A stretch of 64,000 nucleotides of DNA from Eledone cirrhosa (GCA_964016885.1 OZ024742.1:29450001-29514000), one strand, 5' to 3'; shown: positions 23,213-36,380, counted from the first letter of the stretch. Program-made: numbers and translations. Notes: generated by a model from the sequence alone, not told the origin.

Positions 23213-26200
23213 CTACAGGCTGATATAGAGAGAAGGCCCATTCACTCGAGCCATTCTCGCTACTTTCACCCACCTTTCATAAAATTTGCTGGGGTACAGC
23301 ACCTCACTCTCCATCCTGATTCTTCTTCCAAAGTGGTATTTGAAAAAAAGAATCAGTTGTTGGCCGGAGAGAAAGGTGTCTGACCTCAGCCCTTGCAAAC
23401 TTGTCCACCATACAACCTCTTTCGCCATAGCTATCACACAAAAGAAAACCGCCTCTCCTTCGTTTTTGAAGGAGGGTGGCGGTTTGATCATGACAATGGA
23501 CTCAGTGGTCAACCGGATTGGTCCCACCCACGACAATAGTCGTTCTACATAGCCCCACAGGTCAGTGACGCCCGGGCAGTGTATGAATGCGTGCGGGACG
23601 GTTTCTTCGTCTCTCACGCACCTCGGACAGATCTTTTTCGAAGGGTCCCTGTCCGGGCGCCCATGTCCGTAGAGCTTTCTCGAACTGGTAGAGCTCCTCG
23701 GTAGCACTGCCAGGCCAGGGACTTTTGGAAGTTGTCCATCGGTCCCGGGCGGAAAGTCCTACCGAACAGAGTGGCCAGTTCATCTTCCTCTACGCCTAGA
23801 GTTTCACCGAGCGCGTCGTCGCACTTGCTGCGGATCAACCCTCTATAGAATGACGAAGTGGAGTCTCCACTGATCGCCGGGTCCGCCTTCCAGAGGGCTG
23901 TGAGCGCCTGAGCACATTCGATGTGCCAGTCGCCCATTTTCTTCGGTCTTTGCTTGACCCAGGACTGCAGCTCGGTCAGCGAGACGAGTCATGGGAAGGC
24001 TCGCCTCACGAACGGGGCCCACACCGGTTGTCCGGTGAGGAATACGTAGAGATGTCGCAGCCTGAGCGCGCGTTTGCGCATCGTCAACCACGGTTGCCCC
24101 AGCCCTCCGTTATAAGGGTGTTGGCAGCAGATGGATCTTCTCACCAAAGGAGCCTGCCTCTTCCAAAGGAATTGGAAGAGCGCGCGTTCCATTTTGGCGA
24201 GCGTTTTGGCTGGACAAGGCACGACGGTCAAGCGGTAGTAGATGGCGGACGCTATAAAAGTATTCGCCACCTCCGCTCGATCTTTCAAGGATAGTTTGCA
24301 CTCGGCCCACTTCTGGGTGAGTGCAAACACCTTGGCCGTCACTTCGTTCCAGTTCTTCTCCACCTGGAGGTCCGGACCAAACCAGACCCCGACCAGCTTT
24401 ACCGGTCCTTCCGTCCAGCGTCCGACGACGCCACCGGAAGGCATCGGTTTGCCTCTCCACGATCCGAGTTGCAAACCGATGGACTTGTCCCGGTTCAGCT
24501 TCGCTCCTGTGAAATTTTCGTATTCCTTCAATAAGGTGCCGACTTCCTCGATTTGCGAGGCGCTCGACACCACTACTGTCACGTCGTCGGCGTAGGCCGA
24601 CGCTGCTTTCCGAAGTCCCGGTTCCAGAGGGATGCCCTGCAATAGCTCCAACTTCCGCAGTAGTGACTGGAGAGTCTGTACGTACAGAAGGGAGGAGAGA
24701 GGGCATCCCTGTCGAATGGATCGCGTAATATGGAACGGCTCCGAGAGGTAGCCGTTCACCTTGATCCTTGAGCAGATGTTGCTGTTGTGCATTGCAGCAA
24801 TCCAGCCCCTGAACACGGGTCCGAAGCCTGCCGCCTCGAGCACCGCATCCAGGTAACGATGGTCAACCTTATCGAAAGCCTTAGACTGATCCAAGTTGAT
24901 CAGGGTCCCACCAAAGCCGAGTTTACACCCTACCCTCTCTATGATGTATCGCATGAGGTGGAGGTTGTCGTGTATGGACCTGGTCGGGATTGCGCATGTC
25001 TGCGCTTCTCCCACCAGGTTCTCGACGACAAGCGCCAGCCTCTTTGCCAACACCTTGGCCAAAATCTGTAACTCTGTGTTTAGCAGAGTTATGGGCCGGA
25101 AGTTGCCTATGTCATCCCCCTTATTCTCGTCCTTCCTGATTAGTGTGACTACGCCCCCGGTTACAGAACTGGGAATTCTCCCGTTCTGTTGCCAGTTGCA
25201 GTAGACCGCTTCTAAGAGACCGGAGAATAAGTCCGGCATTGCTACGTAAAATTCGTAGGGTAGACCGTCGAGACCTGGAGATTTGCGTTTGCCGCATTGG
25301 CTCAACGCGTCCCCTATCTCAGCGGCTGAAATCGGCTTTTCGCAGAACTTTGCCTCGCTGTCCGAGAGTCGCGGTAGGCCGCGGTAGGACCGAAATCCAT
25401 AGCCCCTCCCGGCGCGCCGCCCCGCCCGAACAGTTGAGCAAAGTGCCGCTGAAAGGCCGCACACATTTGCTTCGGCTCACGTATTACGCGTCCGTTTTGG
25501 TCCTTCAAAGACCGAATTGTGGACTTGTTGCCACTTTTTGCCTCCGTCACTCGGGCCCAGCTAACAGCTTTGGCTCCCTCGTTTCCCAGAGCACGTATTT
25601 TGCTTCTGACAACGCAGCCCTCGTGCTTTGCGTCGAAGAACTGGTCCAATGCTGTTCTCGTTGCTAGCACGCTGGCAACGTTTCCACTTCTAATTGCCTC
25701 TTCTACTTTATCTACCAGTTCCTTCTCAGTTCTATTTCTATTTAACGCTAATTCTTTACTAAAAACTAACGAGTCTAATCTAACTGCCCTCTTGAGAGAG
25801 TACCACCATCTGTTGTTGACAATGGCCCCTGTCAAGTGCTGTTTAACTAAAGTGCTAATCCGTCTACTGTAGGCTTTGCTTGTCGGTAACGACAAGTTCA
25901 GCTTCCAGTAGCCGGGTCCTTGTCTATGGGTTCTATCAAGGTTGGCCATGCAGGTCACTAGTTTGTGATCTGAATAGGCAACCATGAACATTTGTGGACA
26001 GCTTAACATGTCCCTATCCTTATTTCTAACTAGAACCCTATCTAGGTACGATCTAGATGTTCCGCTACGATTACTCCACGTCCACAGTGGCGCAGTCGGA
26101 AAATCTAGTCGATATCTATCGGCCAGGTCAAATCGGTCGATTAACTGTTTGAGGCTGTTATACCCCACTTTATCGGGACATGCTCCCACATAGTCCCAAC

Positions 26201-26645
26201 GGGCATCTAAGATTCCATTCCAGTCCCCCACTAAAAGCAAGGAGCGGGACGTTCCCAGAAAAGTCTCTAGACGTTTGAAGAAGTCTGGCCGCGGTGTCCC
26301 GGGTGGGGCATATGCGGCCACCAGACTGAAGGCTCCGCCTTCACTACCGCCAACGTCTAGGGCCACCAGTCGACCCTCCGGGTCCAGATATACCGTCTGT
26401 GTTACGAGGCCCAGGTGTTTCCGCAGCAAAACGGCAACTCCGCCCCCACCCCCCGGTTGATAGAGAGATGCGTAGATCTCAAAGTCATCGAAGATGGGGG
26501 CAAGCTGTCGCTCGCTGTGGATCCTGGACTCGCAAATGGCTACCACATCCATACTGTGCGACCTGAGGTCGTTTAAGAGTTTGCCCTGTTTCCAGGGCAT
26601 TCCCAGGCCGCGTACGTTCACACATGCAACTCTTATATTGGCCAT
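23213..26645 (-). pseudogene. ORF2 of copy 2: apurinic-type endonuclease, reverse transcriptase, C-terminal zinc knuckle
   Basis: NVRG, GDWN, YLDR, SDH (APE); KSPGLDG, QGCPLS, YADD (RT); CPRC..ETVPHAFIHC; lesions at ~25385, 23989 (TGA) and ~23678. Confidence 0.95.
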
Positions 26646-26678
26646 GTTGGTGCTGAAAAGTTAAAAGAGGAAAAGAGA

Positions 26679-28472
26679 TCACTCACTCTTCGTCTCCTGG
26701 GGACCAGGCTGCACGATTTCCATGGGGGTGCTGGAGGGGTTGTCTGGGTGGGTGGTGGTTTCCGGCGGGGTGGGGACGGAGATGTTTGGTGGGGTGGGGT
26801 CTGGTGGGATGGGGGTGTCTGGTGTGGGGAGACATTTGAGAAGGACGCGGTTAAGTGGTTTCACGCAGGAATTCCCCACATCCTTTTAAAATGTTTCTTT
26901 TAGAGACCTATAAGTTTGTATAGGGACCCTAATCAGTTTTAGGTTCAGTTTTTTGTTATTTTTAATAGAGTGGGCGAAAGTTTTCCCTTCGGTTTTCACC
27001 GAAGGGTCGTTCGTGATGGTCTCCATTAGTGTTTTGTTTTCAGTGTTTATGTAAGTGTAAGTGTAATTTTCTTGTGTTGTGTTTGTTTTTGTCTGTAGTT
27101 CTTGTGTGTGCTTTCGTTTTGTTGTAGGTATTTTGTTTTCAGGAGGTGGGGGTTTTGTTTGTGATGTTTTTGTTGTTTGTGTTGGTGGTTGTATGTTTGT
27201 GGTAGTGTTTGCTGGTTTTTTGCTTTTGTGATGTCTTTTCTTTCTTTTCGAGCGATAGGGTTCTCCCTCGTCTTCGCTGGGTGATGGTGAGATAGCCTCA
27301 TCTGTTGTATCGTCTGTGTGATTGGGGAGGGGTATGTCTTGGGGAGCTGTTGTGTCTGTATGTGATTTTGCAGTGGTTTTAGGTGGAGTGGGGTTGGGTG
27401 GGACTGTGTTTGTTGTGGTTATTTTTGTGTGTTGGTGTTGTTGTTGTTGTTGTGGTGGTGTTGGTGGTTGTGTTGTTTTGATGGGTGTCGGCAGAAGAGC
27501 CTTTTTTTACTCATTAATTTAGGACAGGAAGCCCTCAGGTGACCCCTGCTAAAGCAATGGTAACATGAAGGCCGCCTACCCTCAACCGAAAAGTTTATGT
27601 AGGTGAGTCCGTCCAGGAGTACACGTTGTGGGATCATAGCTATTCGCTCTGGGCTCATTTGCACCAGAACTTCAATGCTAGTCCCATTGAATACATCTCT
27701 GGGGGGACTTTCCTACTGACAGTATTCTGTCTTCATCAAAATTGATGAAGCCGCACAGTATCCACCATATGTTCACCTTTGGTGTGACACTCGTGATTTT
27801 GATATTTTGTGTCCTTTTTCTCATGTATGTAGGGAAAAAGGTGTACAGGTTGGATACAATTGGCGACACAGAGTAATTTTGGGCCGTCAATTGATCCTTC
27901 ATGAGTACCGAAATACTCCCAAAAAGTTTGCTTCTTTGAATGAATGCAATATCATTCATTGAATTTTTGAAAACCAGTTCAATTTCTTTCTGTGACAATT
28001 GGACTGGTTTTCGGGTAGAATTGGAAACTGTCCTAAAAACTATCGTTTTGAGAGCAGTTTCCTTGCGAATTTCTACCGGAGAATTGATGCTGAAAGCACT
28101 ATTTTTTTCGAAAGTGACATATCTCCTAGCGTCCTTTAAAAGTTGTTCGGCATTTGTTATGTCGAGATATGTCAGTTCCTCCTTTTTCTGAACTGTCTCT
28201 GCAAAGGAGATTTTTGGTTTCTTTGTGGAATTATCCGTGTTGGTGGTGTTGTCATTATTGTTGTTATTGTTGTTGTTATTATTGGTGTTGCTGTTATTTT
28301 TGTTGTCATTGAACTGTTTGGTGTCATTTGTGTTGATTGGATATGAATTTGTTTTTAGATTTTCATTTCGTCTTTCCATCTCTATAGTATCTAGTGAAGA
28401 AGACGATGTTGACTGCGAGCTTTGTAGTCTTACCGACTCTCCACCACCATTGTCGTTGAACGCAGCGTTCAT
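26679..28472 (-). pseudogene. ORF1 of copy 2 (gag-like, CX2CX4HX4C)
   Basis: CYHCFSRGHLRASC; aligns by eye with copy 3 ORF1 across homopolymer frameshifts at ~27703 and ~27505. Confidence 0.85.
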
Positions 28473-28952
28473 AACGTAATCAAACTTATAATATTTTTTT
28501 TTTCCAAAATTCGATGGAGATAAAATTTTTCAAACGAATATTTCGCCCCTGTAGGGGCGAAAATGAGTTGACCCACCATCTGAAGGTCCAGACGGGGGGT
28601 CAAGTTACACAATAATATAAAATTTAACTGAAAACTCACGTTTTTTTCTTACATAAATTGACGGAAACTTCTCCGCGAAGTTACACACGTCTGATTGATT
28701 GAGAGATAGATAGATAGATAAATTTCTATTTATTTGCCACGAGGGCACAAAAGAAGGGGACATTTACACAGTGGGGGAGTTTACATAAATCGAGTAAAGA
28801 AAAAAGGAATAACAATAATAATATAACAATAAAAAGTCCTCAAAAGGGAGGGGGCGTGTTGGGGATTGCACATACCCCCGAAAAGTGTGCAACTCTTTTC
28901 GCGGAGGAAGCCCAGAGAGGAGGCGCTCCCCCTTTCCTCTTCACTTCTTCAC

Positions 28953-31900
28953 CTACAGAACAATGTAGAGAGAAGGCCCATTTACACGGGCCATTCTCGC
29001 TTCTTTCACCCACCTTTCATAAAACTGTCTGGGACCAAGCACTTCTCTCTCCATCCTGATTCTTCTTCCGAAGTGGTATCGGAAGAAGTAAACCAGGTGA
29101 TGGCCGGAGAGAAAGTCACCCGACCTCAGACCTTTCAGGCGCGTCCACCACACAACCTCTTTCATCATGGCTATTACGCACAGAAAGACCACCTCTGCTT
29201 CATTTCTGAAGGGAGGAGGCGGCTTGATGCTCAACACAGACTCGGCGGTTAATCGAATCGGCGCCACACGCGAAAGCAGTCGTTCGACGTAGCCCCACAG
29301 ATCGGCAACGCCCGGGCAGTGTACCAGTGCATGCGCAACGGTTTCCTCGTCGCGCACGCATCTGGGACAGATCTTTTTCGCGGGATCCCTGCCCGGGCGC
29401 CCGTGTCTGTAGAGCTTTTCTCGAACGGGAAGAGCCCCCCGGTAACACTGCCAGGCTAGGGACCTCTGGAAGTTGTCCATGGGTCCCGGGCCGAAAGTTC
29501 TACCGAACAGGCTGGCCAGTTCGTCTTCCTCCATGCCTAGCGACTCTCCAATGGTGTCGTCGCCCCTGCTAGCCACCAACCCTCTATAGAATGTCGAGGT
29601 GGATTCTCCACTGACAGTCGGGTCCGCTTGCCAAATAGCCGTGAGCGCCTGGGCACACTCAGTGTGCCAGTTGCCCAGTTTTCTCGGTCTTTGCTTCACC
29701 CAGGATTGCAGTTCGGTGAGCGAGACGAGCTGTGGGAAGGCTCGCCTCACAAACGGGGCCCACACCGGCTAACCGTTGAGGAATACCTGTAGATGCCGTA
29801 GCCTCAATGCGTGCCTACGCATCAACAGCCACGGCATACCCAACCCTCCTTTCGAAGGGTGCTGGCAGCAGATGGATCTCCTCACCATGGGAGGCCGCTT
29901 CTTCCAGAGGAACTGGAAGAGCATGCGTTCCATGATGGTGAGCTTTTCCTTGGGGCAAGGCACGACGGTCAGGCGGTAGTAGATGACGGATGCTATGTAA
30001 GCGTTCGTCACCTCCGCCCGACCTTTCAGTGATAGTTTGCACTTGGCCCACTTCTGGGTCAGCGCAAACACCCTGCTCGTCACCTCGCCCCAATTCTTCT
30101 CCACCTGGAGGTCCGGTCCGAACCAGACCCCGAGCAGCTTCACCGGGCCCTCCGTCCACCGCCCGACGACACCGTCTAACGGCATCGGTTTGCCCCTCCA
30201 CGTTCCGAGTTGCAAACCGACTGACTTGTCCTGGTTCAGCTTAGCCCCCGTCAGCCTTTCGTATTCCTCCAGTAGGGTGGCGATCGCCCCGATTTCCGAG
30301 GCGTCCGCCACCATTACTGTTACGTCGTCGGCATAGGCCGAGACCGCTTTGTGCAATCCCGGTTCCAGGGGTATGCCCCGCAGCAACTCCAACTTCCGCA
30401 GCAGTGGCTCGAGAGTCAATACGTACAGAAGGGAGGAGAGGGGGCACCCCTGTCTGATGGATCGGGTGATTTGAAACGGCTCCGAGAGGTAGCCGTTTAC
30501 TTTAATCCTAGAGTAGATGTTGCCACTGTGCATGGCAGAAATCCAGCCCCTGAAAACGGGTCCGAAGCCCGCCGCCGCTAGCACCGCATCCAGGTAACCA
30601 TGGTCGACCCTATCGAACGCCTTAGATTGATCCAAGTTGATCAGGGCCCCACCAAAGCCGGGTTCGTAGCCAACCCTCTCTATGATGTATCGCATGAGGT
30701 GGAGGTTGTCGTGAATGGACCTGGACGGGATAGCGCATGTCTGCGCGTCTCCCACCAAACCACCCACCACAAGCGCCAACCTCTTCGCCAACACCTTGGC
30801 CAAAATCTGTAACTCTGCATTCAGCAGAGTTATGGGCCTAAAGTTACTTAAGTCGTCCCCCTTGCTCTCGTCCTTCCTCACTAGCGTGACCACGCCCTTG
30901 GTCACAGAACAGGGAATTCTCCCGTTCTGTTGCCAGTTGCAATAGACAGCCTCGAGGAGTTCGGAGAACAAGACCGGCATAGCTAAATAAAGTTCGTATG
31001 GTAGACCATCGAGACCCGGGGATTTGCGTCTGCTGCATTGGCTGAGCGCTTCCCCGATTTCAGTGGCTGTGATTGGCCTTTCGCAGCACTCCGCTTCGCC
31101 GCTCGAAAGACGCGGTAGACCGTCGAGGTATGGACCGAAGTCCACATCCCCGTCCGGCCCCCCGCCACCTCCGAACAGTCGAGCAAAGTGCCTTTGAAAG
31201 GTCTCGCACATTCGCTCAGGTTCAAGGATCACCCGTCCATCCTGGTCTCGCAAAGACCGAATGGTGGATTTAATCCCACTCTTGGCTTCTGTCACGCGGG
31301 CCCAGCTAACAGCTTTGGTCCCCTCGTTTCCTAAAGCACGTATTTTACTTCGGACAACGCAGCCTTCGTGCTTCGCGTCAAAGAACTGGCTCAATGCCGT
31401 TCTCGTCGCTAACACTCTGGCTACGTCTCCGCTCCTAATCGCCTCTTCTAGTTTATCTGTTAACTCCCTTTCCCTCCTATTTCTATTCGCCGCTAGTTCC
31501 TTACTGTAACCTATCGAACTTACTCTAATCTCTCTCTTTAGAGATATCCACCACCTACTGTTGACGATCGCTCCCGTCAACCGCATCTTAACTAAGCTAC
31601 TAATCCGGTTTCTGTAATCTTTCTTTGTCGGTAAGGACATGTTCATCTTCCAGTAACCGGGACCCTGTCTATGCGTTCTATCAAGGTTGACCACGCAGGT
31701 CACTAATTTGTGATCTGAATAGCCAACCATGATCAGTTCTGGACAACTAAATACGTCCCTATCCTTACTCCTAACCAAAAACCTATCTAGGTACGATCTA
31801 GATTGTCCACTGCGGTTTGCCCTGGTCCAGGTTGGCGCAGTTGGACAATCTAGTCGAAATCTATCGACCAGGTCGAATCGATCGAGTAACCCCTTGAGGC

Positions 31901-32392
31901 TGCTACACCCCACTCTATCGGGACATGCCCCTGCATAGTCCCAACGCGCATCTAGGATTCCATTCCAGTCCCCCACTAAAAGCAGGGAACGCGACGTTCC
32001 TAGAAAAGTCTCCAGACGCTGGAAGAAGTCGGCTCTTTCCGCCCCGAAGGGAGCATAAAGACCGACCAGTCTGAAAGCCCCGCCTTCACCGCCTCCGACG
32101 TCCAGCACCAGTAATCGACCCCCCGGGTCCGAGTGAACAATCTGTACGTCGAGAGTCAGACGTTTATCCAGCAGTACGGCAACTCCCCCCCCCCGCCTCC
32201 GGGTTGACAGAGAGATGCGTGCATCTCAAAGTCATCGAAGGCGGGCGCCAGCTGTCTCACGCTGCTGATCCGACTATCGCAAACAACCATCACATCTATA
32301 CTTTGTGACCTGAGGTCACTTAGAAGCTTTGCTTGCTTCCAAGCTGAGCCCAGGCCACGCGCGTTCAAACAGCCAACTCTCAATTGATCTAT
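28953..32392 (-). pseudogene. ORF2 of copy 3 (APE-RT-CCHC)
   Basis: 779 aa and 270 aa ORFs in the same frame split by one TAG (29769-29771); frameshift in the poly-C run at ~32190; expected start reads ATA. Confidence 0.95.
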
Positions 32393-34222
32393 TTTGGTGT
32401 TGAAAGTGAAGAAAGAAAAGCACTTACCTCTCCGGGTTGCGTAATTTCCATGGCATCAGGTGTGTTGGGTGGAGGGATGTTTTGTGGTGGTGTGGGGGTA
32501 CACGTGTGTGGTGGGGTTGGGGTATTTGGAGTTGTGTCAGGGAGAGGGGCGGTTATGGGGAAATCTTTCAAGAGGACGCGATTCAACGGTTTTAAACAGG
32601 GGGGGCTCACGTCCCGTCTAAATTGTTCTTTTAAGGAACGATAAAGGTCCAGAGGGACCTTTATCATTTTTAAATGGGTGAAGTTCTCTGTTGAGATAAA
32701 GTTTGGCCCTTCGGTCTGCACCATAGGGTTATTGTTTATTAATTTAACCAGTTTTTTGTTTTCTTTATTTATATATGTGTATTGCAACGTCTTTTTTTGT
32801 GATGCTGTCAATGTTTCGGAGAGGGGAGGCGCAGATTTATTTTTGTTTGTTGAGGGTGGGGTGTTTTTGATTGGAGTTGGTGTTTGTGTGTGGGTTATTT
32901 GTGGTGTGCTGGGTGTGTGTTTTCTTTTTTTTCTTTTAACTTGTCTGAAGGCTTCTCCTCCTTCTTCTTCAGAAGTTGGGGGAAACTCTTCAGCGCTAGG
33001 TGGGAGGGACGTGTTGTGTGGTTGTTTTTTTTTTGCGGGAGGGGTAGATTTGTTACTGTTTTTTTTATTATTTGTTTGGAATGGGTTTTGTGGTGGTGGT
33101 GGTAATGTTTGTGTCGTGCTTGTGGTTGGTGATGGTGGTGGTGATGTTTGTGTTGTGGTTGGTGGTGGTGATTTTTGTGTCGTGCTTGTGTTTGGTGCTG
33201 GTGGTGGTGATGTTTGTGTTGTGTTTGTGGTTGGTGGTGTCTGTATTTTGTTTGCTGTGTGTGGTATTAGTGTATTTTTGGAGGTGGGTGGTATTGGTGT
33301 ACTGTTTGTGGTGGGTGTGGGCAATAGTCCTTTTGGGGGGATACGTTTCGGGCAGTTAGCCTTAACGTGTCCCCTTTCCATGCATAAATAGCATGCTGGT
33401 CTTCTCCCCTCTACAATTATGTCTATTGGGGTAAGGTCATCCAGCCAGATGCGATCCGGGATTTGTGCTATTCTTTCGGGCCTCATTTGGACTAGTATGT
33501 CGAGGCCCATTCCCAGGAACGCATCTCCAGTTGCCTTCCCCATTGACAGCATTGTGTCTTCCCCCATATCAATGAAGCCAGCTATAGCCCACCAGAAGTC
33601 CATTGTGGGCAGCATTGTTTTTACTTTTACTCTCTGTGTTCTTCTACCCATGTAGGAGGGATAGAAGCTATATGTTGTCGACGAGAGTGGGCTCAGGGAA
33701 AGCTTCTCCGCCGTTTCTTTGTCTCTTGTTAGGACCGAAATGCTGCCATAGAGTCGGTCCTTTCGTATGAAGAGAATATTCTTCATATAGTCTTTTAGGA
33801 CTAACTCTATTTCCATTTGGCTGGGCTGTGCTGGCTTTCTTGTCTGGTTCAGTATAGTTCTGTAGAGAACTGTGTTTTCTGCTCTGGCTTTCTTGAATTC
33901 TGGGGGGGGAGTTAATGGAAAACATTCCGTTCTCCCCCAAAACAATGTGTTTCTTTGCTTCGGCCAGTTTTTCTCTGGCGGCAGTTAGGTCAATTGGTGT
34001 GTATGTAATGGATTGTTTTGTTTTCTGGGCGAAAGTTTCCCTGTTGTTATTTGTATTATTTTCTGTTTGTTTGTTTTGTGTTTGTTCATTTTCCTTAACA
34101 TTTGTTTTTTCATTTTCTTTGTTTGTTTCATTGTCTATTTTTGTTGTAATTATTTTTTGTTCTTCAGACTTGGGGGGCGTGGCAGAGCTAATGGCAGACA
34201 TGTCTGCCATCTTTTCCGCCAT
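32389..34222 (-). pseudogene. ORF1 of copy 3 (CCHC knuckle, Pro/Thr-rich linker, basic KRKKRK motif)
   Basis: CYLCMERGHVKANC; single frameshift in the G run at 33902-33909. Confidence 0.9.
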
Positions 34223-34424
34223 GCTGCCAAGAAAGAAATTTTTCGGCAAAAATAGATATTTATTTTACCCCCTAAAAAGGGGGTAAATGCAAAAATGTTT
34301 CCCTAAAAAACAGGGGTTAGTGTTCCAAATGTGTTGCACTGAAAAATTTATCCGGTACTTACAATAGTAAGGGTAAATCCCGATGGAATAGCGGAGCCGA
34401 TGTGAAGCGTGTCTTACTCTATCA

Positions 34425-34563
<139 letters not shown>

Positions 34564-35777
34564 AGTGTATTGTAGAATAATAAGGTAAATTTCTTTAAGT
34601 CGTTTGGAAGCCTCGATAATGCAGATGGTTAAATCTCCGGGTAACAAGATCCGGTGGTGGAGAGAAAGATGTAAGTGGGTGTACGTTGAGATGCGTGGCG
34701 TGTATAAAACTGTAACGTGTAGAGGAATGAAGGAATAAGCGTAAAGGATAAAAATAAAAATAACAACACGAGAAAGAGTTACCTTGGGAGAGATTTAATT
34801 GTCCCTATATATTTCGGATTCACATCCATCAACTGGGGTTTTTTTCCGGGTGGAGGGAGGAAAGGTTATCTGTCGGAAAGGTGCGAAACGTGTCCTCCGC
34901 TGTTCGTTGTTTTGAATATCTGAGGTATTCAGCAGAGCGCGCGTGCGCGTGAAATATATATAAACATGTTTCCCTGCGTAATTCAATCTAGCAAACATAG
35001 GTTCCTTTTGCCGCTTAGTTAGGGTGAAGGACAAGGCCCATAGCTGTTTTTAGAGCCTTGAAGCTGGTGGGAGGGAGGGAGTGAAACCTAGGACACTGAT
35101 AGTGATGTTAAACCAGGCTATGTATTAAGTCTGCCACACAATTAAAGCTTGGTGAGATTTAACCTCACCATACTGCCTAACATTTTAACAATTCAATCAG
35201 TCCATAATTCTCGTAGTCCATAAAACTTTATTTATCAGCCATGGAAAAAACATAACGGGTTTGGATTTGGGCGGAATTTGACAGCAAAACGTATAAGAAG
35301 AATCGAAAATATAAAAAAAAAGCAACAGATGATATTTCATTGGACGCTTCACCTTCTTCTTAATTAGCGAACTCTTAATACTGAGCAAAGAGAAATAAAT
35401 AAAGCTAACACACATATATTATTAGATGGTGGTTGACCGTGAGATGTAATAAAGATACTAAAATTATGGGCTTCTACCTTCTTTATAGATGCGTTTATTA
35501 CTAAGCAGATTTTTTTTACCGATATTTGCACCATCACTAACCTACTAATTCAGATCACTGTTATCATTATTATTAGCACGAAGCAAGTATCGATTGCAAC
35601 TTTATATACTGATAATAATTATCAATATATAATCACAATGTATTTGCAAACATTATCCATTCAGATTTCTTACGTGTCTCCAGGGGAATAACATTAATGA
35701 TAAGACTACTATTAATAATATGTGCACGTAGATGTATATGTGCGAGAGAGTGTGTGTATATATGAGTGCGTGTGTTC

Positions 35778-35820
<43 letters not shown>

Positions 35821-35939
35821 TGTATATTTACATATACACACATATATATAGACATAAATATATGTGTGTATATTTCCTTTTTTCATATATTTACATATAC
35901 ATATAAATATAAATATATATATATATATCCATATATATA

Positions 35940-36054
<115 letters not shown>

Positions 36055-36057
36055 AGG

Positions 36058-36380
36058 GGAGAACTAGGCAAGATTGTTTGGGTAAAGAATTGGCGCTTCG
36101 CAACCACAGGGTTTCATGTTGGGCAAGTGTTTTCCTCTGTAGCCTCGAGGTTGAATAAAACCTTGTCAGTGAAATTTGATAGAGGGAAATTGTATGGAAG
36201 CCATTCGTATGTATGTGTGTGTATATATGTGTGTGAGTGTATATGTGTATATATGTGTATGTGTCTGTTTGGGTATATGTGTGTCTGAATTTATGTTTAA
36301 TGTTTGTTTATGTCCTGTAATGTAGCGGTTCGACTAAAAGTCATTGATAAAATAAGTAAGAAACTTGAAAAATACGTACT
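36058..36380 (+). mobile_element. SINE family C with internal (TG/TA)n and tail
   Basis: ttgggcaagtgttt...tagcctcg...ccttg...ggaagcc, then tagcggttcg...gataaaataagta. Confidence 0.65.

Larger units (their letters stand above)
22977..28692 (-). mobile_element. Tx1/L1-clade LINE copy 2, essentially full length (~5.7 kb), several frameshifts and stops
   Basis: 5' AGACGTG, ORF1 with CCHC knuckle, ORF2 APE-RT-CCHC, AATAAA followed by (ATCT)n. Confidence 0.95.
28721..34414 (-). mobile_element. Tx1/L1-clade LINE copy 3, full length (~5.7 kb), few lesions
   Basis: 5' AGACACG, ORF1, ORF2, AATAAA followed by (ATCT)n. Confidence 0.95.

Noticed and set aside
23286-33655. Plus-strand ORFs overlapping the Tx1 elements
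   Set aside because: Antisense shadows of GC-rich or low-complexity coding sequence
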